From positions 2,944,001-3,008,000 of the forward strand of contig CAWKDB010000010.1 of the NCBI GenBank assembly GCA_963848295.1: a stretch of DNA of 64,000 nt, in the 5' to 3' direction. The translations under genes and the position numbers were made by a program. Origin of the DNA: an uncultured delta proteobacterium. Lineage in GTDB: Bacteria; Myxococcota_A; Polyangia; Haliangiales; Haliangiaceae. Positions 1-14,605 of this stretch are shown here, piece after piece (positions within the stretch are counted from its first letter, which is position 1; each line of letters begins with the position of its first letter). The notes under the pieces are model-generated. The model was not told the DNA's origin. It saw only the letters and a program-made list of their open reading frames with translations, and made no database searches.

Positions 1-141
1 CTCGGGATCACTTCGGTTTCGTGCGAGCGCGAGCAGGTGACGACCGTGGATCTTGGTCCCTGAAGCTTGGACCTCGAGGAACTCGGCTCGGCGGCGCAGG
101 CGCATCTCTTTCGAGATGGAGAGGCCACGCCGCGTCGTCAC
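1..141 (-). CDS. rnpA: Ribonuclease P protein component, 5' part (runs off window)
   Basis: Hand translation from GTG at 141 gives MTTRRGLSISKEMRLRRRAEFLEVQASGTKIHGRHLL.., the RL-x4-F N-terminal pattern; canonical position after rpmH. Confidence 0.85.
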   Translation of the reverse strand, partial: MTTRRGLSISKEMRLRRRAEFLEVQASGTKIHGRHLLALARNRSDPE

Positions 142-147
142 GTCGCG

Positions 148-297
148 TTACTTCTTGGCGATCGTCACCGAGATGCGCTTGCGCCCCTTGGCGCGACGAC
201 GACGAAGCACTTCGCGACCTCCGCGAGTCTTCTTACGGGCGCGAAAGCCGTGGGTGCGTTTGCGGCTCTTATTGTGGGGCTGATAGGTGCGCTTCAC
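148..297 (-). CDS. rpmH: 50S ribosomal protein L34 (not in ORF track)
   Basis: Hand translation [49 protein letters not shown]; divergent from dnaA. Confidence 0.98.
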   Translation of the reverse strand: MKRTYQPHNKSRKRTHGFRARKKTRGGREVLRRRRAKGRKRISVTIAKK

Positions 298-503
298 GGC
301 TACTCTCCGACGTTTGCGGAGGGCGATCGATACTCAACCCGACTCGGGGTGTCAAGCCGATGCGTGTGCGTCCAGCGGATCTGCGCGGCGCGATTTCGCT
401 CCCGTCACACCGCTGTTTCTCGACGCTGCCGGGAGTTCAATTGTTCGTCTTTTGCGCTTGCGCTTTTCGATCGCCATCTGTTACCAACGGCGAGTTTTCC
501 GCT

Positions 504-560
504 TGTGGACAAGTCCTAACGACTGGCCATGGGAGGAGCTCCAGAAGGAGTTGTGAATAA
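504..560. promoter_or_regulatory. DnaA boxes upstream of dnaA
   Basis: TGTGGACAA at 504-512 and TGTGAATAA at 552-560, each 8/9 to TGTGGATAA. Confidence 0.7.
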
Positions 561-623
561 CTTCTGGATTGCTTGTCTTTTGTCTGTGACCAATGAAGCC
601 CAACTCGATGCATTCGCAGGACA

Positions 624-2072
<1,449 letters not shown>

Positions 2073-2335
2073 ATGCGATGTGGATGACCCTGAGGGAAGA
2101 GCTGTGGACCAGCCGTGGGCCGTCGGAGCTCCCTCGGTTGTCCACACCTACAGAGCATGTCATCCATGACCAGGCAGAACGTCAGACCGTCGTGGTGCTA
2201 TCGCGGAAATCTCAGGAAGAACGCTTCGCTCCCGCGATGTACACATGTTCACAACCATCTACTAGATCTGATTCTAAGAAGATTTTATCTCTTAAAGAAC
2301 AGATAGAGCGAAGAGCAAAGACGAGATAGGCGAGG
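2073..2335. other. oriC: Probable oriC unwinding region (dnaA-dnaN intergenic)
   Basis: DnaA-box-like TGTGGATGA 2079, TGTGGACCA 2103, TTGTCCACA 2138; tandem ATGTACACA/ATGTTCACA 2237-2253 followed by an AT-rich tract at about 2256-2305. Confidence 0.75.
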
Positions 2336-3439
<1,104 letters not shown>

Positions 3440-3442
3440 CGC

Positions 3443-4540
3443 CTGCACGTCTCGCTGCTGTCCGTCTCCGGGGTGCGCAACCTCGCGCCCGTGCAGCTCG
3501 TGCCGCGCGCGCGGTTCAACGTGTTCGTCGGCGACAACGGCCAGGGCAAGACGAACTTGCTCGAGGCGCTCTACGTGGTCGCCGCGCTGCGCTCGTTTCG
3601 AACCGCGAAGCTCGCGGACCTCATCGCGTTTGGACAGCCCAAGGCCAGCATTGCCGCGAGGGTCGAGCGCGGAGGTATGACGCGCCTCTACGAGGTCGAC
3701 CTCGAGCCCGGCGGTCGCAGGGTCCGGCTCGACGACAAGGCGGTCAGGCCGCTCGCGCGTTACTTCGGCGGGTTCAACGTCGTCGTGTTCACCCCGGAGG
3801 ATCTCGCGTTGCCGAGAGGCGCACCCGGTGACCGCCGCAAGTTTCTCGACCGCGCGGTGTTCAACGTCCAGCCGGAGTTTCTCGCAACCGCGCTCGACTA
3901 TGACAAGGCGCTCAAGCAACGCAACGCGCTGCTCAAGATGGCCGGGCAGGGCGCGCTGACTCCGGCGCGGCTCGACGAGCTGCTCGCAGGCTACGATCCC
4001 CAGCTCGCCCGGCTCGGCGTCGCGGTCGCGCAAGCGCGGGCCGAAGTCATCGCCCGGCTCGTGCCCGACCTCGCAGCCTCGTTCGCGGCGATCACCCGCA
4101 GCGGGCTGGTCGCCAACGCGCGCTATGTCTCGGAGGTCGCGGGAGCGACTCCGGACCAGGTCGAGCAAATGCTGCGCGACGGCAGAGCGCGAGATGTCGC
4201 CCGCCAGGCGACGTCCACAGGCCCGCACCGCGATGATGTCTTGCTGGAGCTCGACGGGCGCGAAGCCGGGAGTTTTGCGTCTCAGGGCCAGCTGCGCGCG
4301 ATCATGCTCGCTTGGAAGACCGCCGAGCTCGTCATGCTGGCCCGGGCCCACGGCGATCCGCCGATCCTGCTACTCGACGACGTGTCGAGCGAGCTCGATC
4401 CGAGCCGCAACGCGTACCTGTTCGAGCACGTCGCTTCGCACGCGGGTCAGTGCTTCATCACGACGACCCACGCCGACCATGTTCTGGTCTCCGAAGACCG
4501 GGCCAACTACCGGATCGAAAGCGGCAAGATTTCCTCGTAA
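3443..4540 (+). CDS. recF: DNA replication/repair protein RecF (likely CTG start at 3443; track start 3473)
   Basis: GDNGQGKTNLLEA, RRKFLD, GPHRDD, SQGQ, LLLDDVSSELD. Confidence 0.97.
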   Translation: MHVSLLSVSGVRNLAPVQLVPRARFNVFVGDNGQGKTNLLEALYVVAALRSFRTAKLADLIAFGQPKASIAARVERGGMTRLYEVDLEPGGRRVRLDDKAVRPLARYFGGFNVVVFTPEDLALPRGAPGDRRKFLDRAVFNVQPEFLATALDYDKALKQRNALLKMAGQGALTPARLDELLAGYDPQLARLGVAVAQARAEVIARLVPDLAASFAAITRSGLVANARYVSEVAGATPDQVEQMLRDGRARDVARQATSTGPHRDDVLLELDGREAGSFASQGQLRAIMLAWKTAELVMLARAHGDPPILLLDDVSSELDPSRNAYLFEHVASHAGQCFITTTHADHVLVSEDRANYRIESGKISS

Positions 4541-4583
4541 AATCCGGCACATGATCCTTCTTGCAGGGTGAGGTTCGTGGTAA

Positions 4584-7043
<2,460 letters not shown>

Positions 7044-7046
7044 CGT

Positions 7047-7221
7047 GGTGACGCTGTCTCTATTGTCAACTTGGGTGCCGAGCGCGCCTCTGTAACTGTC
7101 GACAATCGCTTTGGGTTCTCTGGGGACGCTGTCTCTATTGTCAACTTGTAGGGTTCTTTGGGCGGTTCTTGGGGTTCTTGGGGACGCGGGTTCTTGGGGA
7201 CGCTGTCTCTATTGTCAACTT
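7047..7221 (+). repeat. 26-bp repeat family A, triplet (7047-7072, 7122-7147, 7196-7221)
   Basis: GG(T/G)GACGCTGTCTCTATTGTCAACTT x3, periods 75 and 74 bp, starting 3 bp after the gyrB stop. Confidence 0.97.
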
Positions 7222-7309
7222 GTAGGCGTTCGGGACCCGGAATGCAGGCGGCCGGCCCGGCCGATGGGCTGGCGGAACGATGACCTGCGGTCGAGGGGCT
7301 CGGCTTCGA

Positions 7310-8035
7310 TCAGCTCGCCTTCGTGCCGATCGCGACAAAGGTCGCCATGAACGGGCCACCGAACCACAACCGCGGGCCGAGACCACGAGTCACGACGCTA
7401 GCGCCGAGGCGCGTTAGCTCGGCGGCGTACTGCCTCACGAACTTGACGTCGGCGATCACGAATCGGCCGGCCGGCCTCAAGACACGGATGATCTCGGCGA
7501 GAACTTTCGCGCGCTCGTCGACCGCCGCGATGTTGTGAATCGCGAGGCTCGAGACCACGATGTCGACGCTAGCGTCGGGCAGGGTGAGCGAGCGCATGTC
7601 GCAGCTCACGAGCTGGACGCGTTCGCTCACGCCTTCGAGCTCCGCGTTGCGGCGCGTCACCGCCTCCGCGTTGCCCGACTGATCGTGCTTCGACCAGATG
7701 TCGATGCCTACCGCCTTCCCGCGCGGCACGCGTTCGGCCGCCGCGAGCAACACGGCGCCGCGACCGCAGCCGACATCGAGCACGGTCTCGTCGCCAGCGA
7801 GTGCGAGCTCGTCGAGTAGCCTCGCCCACACGACGTGCTTGCCGACTCGCGTCGAGTAGAAGAACGAGCCGCCGCACACCACGCCGATCGCGAGGCCGTA
7901 GACTCCGATCCACCGCAGGGTGTCGTCGGCCATCGAGATCCCGAAGCCGAAGGCCGCCGCACCCGCAGCGAACGCGAGCGCGAACCCGACGAGCACGTAC
8001 GGGGCGTCGTAGCCGTAGTCGCCCTTCCTCGTCAT
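7310..8035 (-). CDS. Class I SAM-dependent methyltransferase with N-terminal membrane segments
   Basis: VLDVGCGRG motif I, DIVVSSLAIHNI, LRPAGRFVIAD. Confidence 0.9.
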   Translation of the reverse strand: MTRKGDYGYDAPYVLVGFALAFAAGAAAFGFGISMADDTLRWIGVYGLAIGVVCGGSFFYSTRVGKHVVWARLLDELALAGDETVLDVGCGRGAVLLAAAERVPRGKAVGIDIWSKHDQSGNAEAVTRRNAELEGVSERVQLVSCDMRSLTLPDASVDIVVSSLAIHNIAAVDERAKVLAEIIRVLRPAGRFVIADVKFVRQYAAELTRLGASVVTRGLGPRLWFGGPFMATFVAIGTKAS

Positions 8036-8679
8036 AGCGCTCGATGTTGCCGTTCCTGTAACAGCGGCGCGACATGCTCGCTGTCGTTGAGTCGAACGAC
8101 CTGCAGATCAGAAAGCTCGCTTCCTGACAGCACGTTGAGCGTCGCCGGCGCTTGGCGAAACGTCCACACGCGCTCGAGCGGCAATCCGAGCAATTCGCAG
8201 AGCAGCACGCGATTGACCGCATCGTGCGCCGCGATCAGCGCCGTGTCGTCACCATGCAACCGCTCGCATGCGGCGGCGAGCACCGGCCACGCCCTCGCCC
8301 GCACCGCCCCGAGCGACTCGCCTCCGGGCCCAGCCGCGAAGTCTGCCGAAGGCGCGGTTCGCCACGTCTTGTACATCGCGGCATCGGCGGTCTCGACATC
8401 GCTCGCGAGCTTGCCCTCCCACGCCCCGTGACTGATCTCGACGAGCCGGTCGTCGAGCTCGAGCTCGAGCCCGCGTCCGGCCAGCACCGCCTCGGCGGTC
8501 TTGCGCGCCCGCGACAGCGGCGAGGCGATCGCGATGGCGATCGGGATGTTGGCCAGCCGCGTCGCGAGCGCGCGAGCCTGCGCCTCACCGTCGACCGACA
8601 ACGGAACATCGGTTCGGCCTTGATATCGGCCCTCCCGATTCCATGCGGTCTCGCCGTGGCGGACCAGCAGCACGTTCAT
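8032..8679 (-). CDS. Histidine phosphatase (phosphoglycerate mutase family)
   Basis: LLVRHGET, SPLSRA, GGES, AH motifs; start reassigned to ATG 8679. Confidence 0.92.
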   Translation of the reverse strand: MNVLLVRHGETAWNREGRYQGRTDVPLSVDGEAQARALATRLANIPIAIAIASPLSRARKTAEAVLAGRGLELELDDRLVEISHGAWEGKLASDVETADAAMYKTWRTAPSADFAAGPGGESLGAVRARAWPVLAAACERLHGDDTALIAAHDAVNRVLLCELLGLPLERVWTFRQAPATLNVLSGSELSDLQVVRLNDSEHVAPLLQERQHRAL

Positions 8680-8719
8680 GCGGTTACTGTAACGCGGCGA
8701 CTTGTGGTAACGCACGTCA

Positions 8720-9718
8720 ATGACCCACCGCAGTCGGATCCTGGGCATCGGTATGAGTGTCCCTTCGCGGATCGTCACGAATGACGACCTCGCGCAGAAG
8801 ATGGAGACGTCGAACGAGTGGATCGTCGAGCGCACCGGGATCGAGCAGCGTCACTGGGTCGAGCCGGGCGAGGGCGGCGCGGAGCTCGGCGCGAAAGCGG
8901 CGACCGAAGCGATCGAGCGCTCCGGCCTCGCCGCGAAAGATATCGACCTCATCATCTACGCGACGCTGTCCCCCGACTGCAATTTCCCCGGCACCGGCGT
9001 GTTCATGCAGCGTCTGCTCGGCATGCGCGGGGTTCCGTGTCTCGATATTCGCCAGCAGTGCACCGGCTTCATTTACGGACTATCGATCGCGGACGCCTAC
9101 GTGCGCACCGGGCTGTACAAGAACGTCTTGCTCGTCGGGTCGGAAGTTCATTCCACCGGGCTCGATGTCTCGACCGCTGGTCGCGATGTCACGGTGATCT
9201 TCGGCGATGGCGCCGGCGCCGTCGTGGTCGGCCGCGCCACCGACGACGCCCACATGATCTTGTCGACCCATCTTCACGCGGACGGCACCGACGCCGAGAT
9301 CCTGTGGACCGAGTATCCGGCGAGCCGCCAGCACCCGCGGATCTCCGTCGAGGCGATGTCGGAGCGACGTCACTTCCCCTCGATGAAGGGCAAGAACGTG
9401 TTCAAGCACGCCGTTCGGCGCATGCCGGAAGCGATGATGGAGGGCATGGTCGCGAACGGGTTGACGCTCGAGAAGATCGACATGGTGATTCCGCACCAAG
9501 CGAATCTCCGGATCAATCAGATGGTGGCCCAGATGATAGGGCTGCCTCCCGAGAAGATGCACAACAACATCATGAAGTACGGCAACACCACGGCCGCCTC
9601 GATCCCGATCTGCATGCACGAGGCGATCGAGCTCGGCAAGATCAAGCCCGGGATGATGGTGTGCCTCGTCGCGTTCGGTGCGGGCCTCACGTGGGGCTCG
9701 GCGTTCCTGCGCTACTGA
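8720..9718 (+). CDS. fabH: Beta-ketoacyl-ACP synthase III
   Basis: ERTGI, QCTGFIYGL catalytic Cys, FGDGAGA, PHQAN, YGNT, FGAGLTWG. Confidence 0.95.
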   Translation: MTHRSRILGIGMSVPSRIVTNDDLAQKMETSNEWIVERTGIEQRHWVEPGEGGAELGAKAATEAIERSGLAAKDIDLIIYATLSPDCNFPGTGVFMQRLLGMRGVPCLDIRQQCTGFIYGLSIADAYVRTGLYKNVLLVGSEVHSTGLDVSTAGRDVTVIFGDGAGAVVVGRATDDAHMILSTHLHADGTDAEILWTEYPASRQHPRISVEAMSERRHFPSMKGKNVFKHAVRRMPEAMMEGMVANGLTLEKIDMVIPHQANLRINQMVAQMIGLPPEKMHNNIMKYGNTTAASIPICMHEAIELGKIKPGMMVCLVAFGAGLTWGSAFLRY

Positions 9719-9839
9719 CGGCAGGCCGAGTCGTCGGCGCGATCGCGCTGAACAACCGCTGTAGTGCCGCACACACCGCGTGGTCTCCGTGTGCCATCGC
9801 GTGTTGTGCTCGCGCCATTCGACTGCGGAGGATCGGGCT

Positions 9840-10091
9840 ATGTGCTTCGTTGCGGTCCTCGTAGGCCTCGCCGCTTGCTCCCGCATGCGGAACACCGAGA
9901 CGACACCGAGCGCTCGATTCCGGTCGACGCCGGCCCGAACACCGGACGAGCGATCGCGATCGCCGGGGATGCCAGCGGAACGGCGCTGGACGCCGACAGT
10001 CTACGCCTCGGCGTCCGAGGTGTTGCCGGTGCCGACCGCCGGCGACGATCATTGCGACGTCCGGCTGGACGCGACGGTGCTCCCGCCGTAG
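9840..10091 (+). CDS. Putative small lipoprotein (possibly frameshifted or degenerate)
   Basis: GGAGG before ATG 9840; hydrophobic N-terminus ending LAAC; remainder unrecognised. Confidence 0.35.
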   Translation: MCFVAVLVGLAACSRMRNTETTPSARFRSTPARTPDERSRSPGMPAERRWTPTVYASASEVLPVPTAGDDHCDVRLDATVLPP

Positions 10092-10097
10092 TGACGG

Positions 10098-10814
10098 TCA
10101 GCCGAGGTAGCGCGCCGGCATGCGCGTCTCTCGGACCTCGTCGGCGATGAGCTCGACGCGATACGCCGAGCCATCCGGCCGCGATGACACGACCGCGTGC
10201 AACGCATCGTCGACGAAATGCAGCGCTACGCCGTCATCCGCAGCGTAGCCAGCGGGGAAGCCGTTCGCCACGAGCGCCTGATAGGCTGGCCGGCGTTCCG
10301 ACTCGCTGTCGTAGTGCGGACACGCGCTGCCCGACAGCAGGCCGAGGCCGTCGCGCAGCTCGGCGAGCGGACCGAACGAATCGGTGACACTGCACTCGAA
10401 CCAGCAGATCATACCGGCGGACAACCCGGCGAGCACGGTGCCGCCCTGCCACGCGGCGCGCAGCGCGCGGTCGATCCCGTGTGCCCGCCAGAGCGCGAGC
10501 ATGTTGACGGTGTTGCCACCGCCGACATAGATCACGTCCATCGCGGCGAGAAACTTGGCGAGCTCGCCGTCCGATGACGGTTGCCGTGCGAGATCGCCGC
10601 CGACCGTCGCGTCGTAGGGCACGCAATCGCGCTCGCTGAACGTCCGGTAGAACCGCACGACGTACTCCGGTGAGTCGGCGCTCGCGGTCGGCAAGAAGCA
10701 AACGCGCGGCGTCGGCTCGCGCGCGGCCGCGAGCACGTAGTCGTCGATCGCGGGCGAGCTCTCCATCGAGAAGCCACCGCCGCCGAACGCGATGATCTGG
10801 CGCGGCACCGCCAT
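10098..10814 (-). CDS. pepE: Peptidase E (family S51)
   Basis: FLPTAS, IYVGGGNT, GLSAGM nucleophile elbow, CPHY. Confidence 0.9.
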   Translation of the reverse strand: MAVPRQIIAFGGGGFSMESSPAIDDYVLAAAREPTPRVCFLPTASADSPEYVVRFYRTFSERDCVPYDATVGGDLARQPSSDGELAKFLAAMDVIYVGGGNTVNMLALWRAHGIDRALRAAWQGGTVLAGLSAGMICWFECSVTDSFGPLAELRDGLGLLSGSACPHYDSESERRPAYQALVANGFPAGYAADDGVALHFVDDALHAVVSSRPDGSAYRVELIADEVRETRMPARYLG

Positions 10815-10820
10815 CGCGGG

Positions 10821-11336
10821 TCAGGCCGCAGCGGGCGCGAAGATCGTATCGATCTCGCCGGCGATCTTGTCTTCGCCGACCTGCTTCGCGATCGCGAGCT
10901 CTTTGGTCAGCAACGTCCGCGCGGTGTCGAGCATCTTGCGCTCGCCGAACGATAGATCCTTGCTCAACCGCAGCACGCAGAGGTCGCGCATTACTTCGGC
11001 GATCTCGAACACCGAGCCGGTCTTGATCTTCTCCATGTACTCGCGATGGCGGCGATTCCACGTCTGCGTGTCGCGCGGGATGTCGCGCGACTTGAGGATC
11101 GAGTACACGTCTTTGACTTGCTTCGCCGTGATCAGATCGCGAAGGCCGACCGTACCGGCGTTCGTGGTCGGCACCATGATCTTGAGACCGGTGTCTAGGA
11201 TCTTGAGGATGTAGACCGGGGTCTTGCTCCCGCCAATATCGCGCTGCTCGAGCGCAACCACTTCGGCGACGCCATGCACCGGATATACGGCCTTGTCCCC
11301 GACCGAAAACTGTTGCTTCAGGTGCGTAAGCGACAA
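10821..11336 (-). CDS. cdnL: CarD/CdnL family RNA polymerase-binding regulator
   Basis: FSVGDKAVYPVHGV, TWNRR, LSFGERKML. Confidence 0.93.
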   Translation of the reverse strand: MSLTHLKQQFSVGDKAVYPVHGVAEVVALEQRDIGGSKTPVYILKILDTGLKIMVPTTNAGTVGLRDLITAKQVKDVYSILKSRDIPRDTQTWNRRHREYMEKIKTGSVFEIAEVMRDLCVLRLSKDLSFGERKMLDTARTLLTKELAIAKQVGEDKIAGEIDTIFAPAAA

Positions 11337-11449
11337 ATCGAATCCCCTCGTCGAGTGTAGCAGCGGTGGGGCGATCTGTCAAAGACGGCCACGATCTAAC
11401 ACCATGAGATTGCTAATAAAAACAGTGCACGAGCCCGCTGCGAGAGCCT

Positions 11450-12985
11450 TCAATGACGCGTCGCGTATTCGACGATCGTCGCGACGGCAAAGCCGGTCCC
11501 GCCCTTCGGCGCGGAGGGACGCGAGGTCGACGTCGACGCCGGTCCCGCGATGTCGACATGCAGCCACGGCGTATCTTTGGCGAACGTCTTGAGGAACAAG
11601 CCGGCGGTGATCGCGCCGCCGAACCGATCGCCGGTGTTGCGCATGTCCGCGATCGGGCTCTTCAGCTGCTCGCGCAGGCGCGCGCTCAACGGCAGCCGCC
11701 ACATGTCCTCACCGGTGCGATCCGCGACCGACATCCAGTTGCGAGCCAGGCCCTCGTGATCGCTCATGACGCCAGCGGTGTACGGGCCGAGTGCGACCAT
11801 GCACGCGCCGGTCAGCGTGGCGAAGTCGAACATCTCGTCCGGCTTGATCTTCGTGCGGACGTAGGTGATCGCATCGCCGAGCGTGAGCCGGCCTTCCGCG
11901 TCGGTGTTGTTGATCTCCACGGTCGTCCCATCCATCGAGATCAACACGTCGCCGAGCTTGTACGCGCGCCCTGACACGAGGTTCTCGCACGCTGCGGTCA
12001 CCGCGTGGACTTCATGCTCGGAGCCGAGCGTCGCGATCGCGTCCATCGCGGAGATCACCGCGGCGGCTCCCGACATATCGACCTTCATGTCCTCCATCGA
12101 CTGCGACGGCTTGAGCGAGTAGCCACCGGAGTCGAACGTCACGCCCTTGCCGATGAAGCAGATCCGTTTCTTGGGTTTCTTCGTCGGTTTGTACGTGAGG
12201 TGGATGAACTTCGACTCCTGATCGGAGCCCTGGCCGACCGCGAGGAACATGCCCATTCCGAGCTCAGCACATTGCTTCGCACTCAATACGGTCACCGCGA
12301 GCGCACCCTTGTGCTTCTTCGCAATCGCCTGCGCATCGGCCGCGAGCGCGGTCGGCGTGATCACCGCGGCGGGCTCGTTGATCAAGTCGCGCGCGTGGTT
12401 CACCGCTCGCGCGATCACCTGGCCGCGCTCAATCGCCGCGGTGAAAGCCTTCGCCTGGGTGGCGGTCGGCTTCTTGCCCCGCGCGTCGGTGAGGATGCCG
12501 AAGCTCTTGAGCGTCGCCGGCTTCTTCGCGTCATCGCCGGTGAGGTAGCGCGCGAACTTGTAGCCGCCTTCGACGACACCCTCGGCCGTCATCTGGACGA
12601 GCAGCGCCTCGCGGTTCGCGCCAAACGCAGGCAGGACGAACGCGAGCGATGTGGCGCCGACCTTGTTCGCGAGCTGCAAGACGGTCGCGGCGACGTCGCG
12701 GATGTGGGGATTGGTGAACTCGGACTTCGCCCCGCCACCGATCACGACGACGCGCTTGGCCGGCAGCCTGCCGGCGGTGAACAGCGTGATCGTCTGCGAG
12801 CTCTTGCCTTCGAACGACTCGGACGCCGCGATCTCGGCGAGCGAGCCACCAAGCGCCTTGTCGACCACTTTGAAGACAGGGTCTTTGGCGGGGGCGCCGA
12901 ATGTGACGAGCGCCAACATATCGACCTTACAATCCAGCACCGAACCCGCGAGATGGACGATCTGAAGGCCGCTATTGTCGTTCAT
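11450..12985 (-). CDS. pepA: Leucyl aminopeptidase (M17)
   Basis: GKGVTFDSGG, MKVDMSGAA, NTDAEGRL, ATLTGA, HVDIAG. Confidence 0.97.
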   Translation of the reverse strand: MNDNSGLQIVHLAGSVLDCKVDMLALVTFGAPAKDPVFKVVDKALGGSLAEIAASESFEGKSSQTITLFTAGRLPAKRVVVIGGGAKSEFTNPHIRDVAATVLQLANKVGATSLAFVLPAFGANREALLVQMTAEGVVEGGYKFARYLTGDDAKKPATLKSFGILTDARGKKPTATQAKAFTAAIERGQVIARAVNHARDLINEPAAVITPTALAADAQAIAKKHKGALAVTVLSAKQCAELGMGMFLAVGQGSDQESKFIHLTYKPTKKPKKRICFIGKGVTFDSGGYSLKPSQSMEDMKVDMSGAAAVISAMDAIATLGSEHEVHAVTAACENLVSGRAYKLGDVLISMDGTTVEINNTDAEGRLTLGDAITYVRTKIKPDEMFDFATLTGACMVALGPYTAGVMSDHEGLARNWMSVADRTGEDMWRLPLSARLREQLKSPIADMRNTGDRFGGAITAGLFLKTFAKDTPWLHVDIAGPASTSTSRPSAPKGGTGFAVATIVEYATRH

Positions 12986-13125
12986 AAATCTCCGTAACTC
13001 CTAGAAAAGCGCGGCGAGTTATACGGGACTCCATGTGCGATGTAAAGGAATCAGACTGCCTACATTGACAGTTCGATTGGTGGATCCGTAGAGTCGTAAC
13101 AGACCAGAACTCTAGGGGAGTTTTA

Positions 13126-13323
13126 ATGCGAACCAAGGGAACTGCGCGCCCTGCGGCGCGTAAGGGAAGTGGTAGTCGGACCAAGAAGACGGTGGCCGTG
13201 CCTTCCATGCGGAAGTCCGAGCCGATCATCCAGATGGTCGAGCGAAAGTCCTCGCGCAACATCTTGGACTTGCCCAAGAAGACAGGCGAGCTGCCAATTC
13301 CGCTCGCGACGTTCGTCTTCTAG
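13126..13323 (+). CDS. Small basic hypothetical protein, 65 aa
   Basis: AGGGGAG RBS before ATG; fills the gap between pepA and the DUF72-like gene. Confidence 0.6.
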   Translation: MRTKGTARPAARKGSGSRTKKTVAVPSMRKSEPIIQMVERKSSRNILDLPKKTGELPIPLATFVF

Positions 13324-13331
13324 ATTTATCC

Positions 13332-14111
13332 CTACGTCACTTCGGAATCGTCGCCTTCATCATCGACGGTCTCATCGGCGAGCAACTTCTTGAGGTTCCG
13401 TGCGTCGGCCCATCGGGCGGGCGATGCAAACGCGACCGTAACCGGAAGATCCTCGTAGTGCTGCAGCAGCGCTGCGAGGTCTTCTAGTTTTTCACTCCGG
13501 ATGGCGCCGGAGCGACCGAGTCCTTCGACGCGGAAGTACAGCGCAGGCGCCTCGAGATCGTAGTGAATCTCCGGGGGATCACCTGGATCGCGTACCAGCG
13601 GATCGAACGCGCATGCCACACCGAGCTCGGTCGCGAGCTTGACCGCACTGCGAGAATTCCACAGTCCCCCGGGCTGCCACACCCGTAGGCACCCGAGGGC
13701 TTCCGCAGTCGCAAGCTCGGAGAAGAACCAGCGCAACTGATCGCGATTGGCCGCGGACGGTGAATGATTCGCTGACGAGCGAAAGATCGCGCATGCGGCG
13801 CCGACCGCTGCAACCGCTGAGCGCAGCTCGACAAATGCACCTCGGGCGGGGGCGCTATCTACCATCTCGCCGACCGTCGCATCGTGTGGCCAAGGCCTCG
13901 TCGACGGCGGCGCTGTCCGTTGCGTCAGGACCCAAGGAGCCACGAGCCCGAGGGACCCCTTCGGCGCCGCCGCGCTCCACTTCGCGAGCGCGGACGGCTT
14001 GAGCGGCCCTGTAAACAGCGCGGACAGCTCGAGATACGATAGCTCGCGAAAGTAGCGCTCGCGGTCCATCCGCTCGGGTAGATCCGCGGTGCCGATAAGC
14101 ACGTTGCGCAC
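13332..14111 (-). CDS. DUF72-like protein
   Basis: YFRELSYLEL, KW..AAPK, FDP, YFRVEG resemble DUF72; start reassigned to GTG 14111 (MRNVLIGT). Confidence 0.65.
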   Translation of the reverse strand: MRNVLIGTADLPERMDRERYFRELSYLELSALFTGPLKPSALAKWSAAAPKGSLGLVAPWVLTQRTAPPSTRPWPHDATVGEMVDSAPARGAFVELRSAVAAVGAACAIFRSSANHSPSAANRDQLRWFFSELATAEALGCLRVWQPGGLWNSRSAVKLATELGVACAFDPLVRDPGDPPEIHYDLEAPALYFRVEGLGRSGAIRSEKLEDLAALLQHYEDLPVTVAFASPARWADARNLKKLLADETVDDEGDDSEVT

Positions 14112-14117
14112 ACATTC

Positions 14118-14266
14118 GGGGACGGAGTACCTCTTGTCAAGCCGTGGGACCTTCGCGCCTGAGCTGGGGACGCTGTCTCTTCTGTCAACTTGCCAAGAAA
14201 ACGGAAACGTCGATCTCAGCAAGATCGCTGAGGTTGTCGTGGGGACGCTGTCTCTTTTGTCAACTT
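14118..14266 (+). repeat. 26-bp repeat cluster: degenerate subtype B (14118-14143) plus family A doublet (14166-14191, 14241-14266)
   Basis: GGGGACGCTGTCTCTT(C/T)TGTCAACTT x2 with 75-bp period; GGGGACGGAGTACCTCTTGTCAAG upstream. Confidence 0.95.
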
Positions 14267-14275
14267 ACGCGGTTG

Positions 14276-14605
14276 ATGGTCGCGTCGTCGGTCGCATCTG
14301 TCGCTGCGTGTGCGGATCATCCTGGCCCGGTGTTGTCATCGGTGTCGCCTGGCTCCGCGGCCGCAGGCGCAGTCGTCACGCTGATGGGCGAGCGGATGTG
14401 TGGACCCACCGGCGATTGCTCGACCGCGGGTGGCCAGATTCAGATCGGGCTCGCGCTGCCCGGGGTAGAAGCGCTGATCGAAATGTTCTCCGACACGTCC
14501 GCCCAGATCTCGATCCCCGCGCTCGCGCCAGCCGGTGATACGCAACTCGTATTGGTCGTCGATGACCAGTCGTCGAACGCGCTCGCATTCACGGTGCTGC
14601 CGTGA
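14276..14605 (+). CDS. IPT/TIG-domain lipoprotein (start uncertain)
   Basis: VAAC lipobox; PVLSSVSPGSAAAGAVVTLMG and SNALAFTV are typical IPT/TIG ends. Confidence 0.75.
   Translation: MVASSVASVAACADHPGPVLSSVSPGSAAAGAVVTLMGERMCGPTGDCSTAGGQIQIGLALPGVEALIEMFSDTSAQISIPALAPAGDTQLVLVVDDQSSNALAFTVLP

Noticed and set aside
7047..7221. Canonical CRISPR array
   Set aside because: Only 2-3 repeats per locus, scattered at many loci. Spacers are mutually related or low-complexity, and there is no leader and no cas gene in the window.
7044..7309. Missing gyrA after gyrB as evidence of disruption
   Set aside because: Unlinked gyrA and gyrB are common, and no gyrA remnant is visible.
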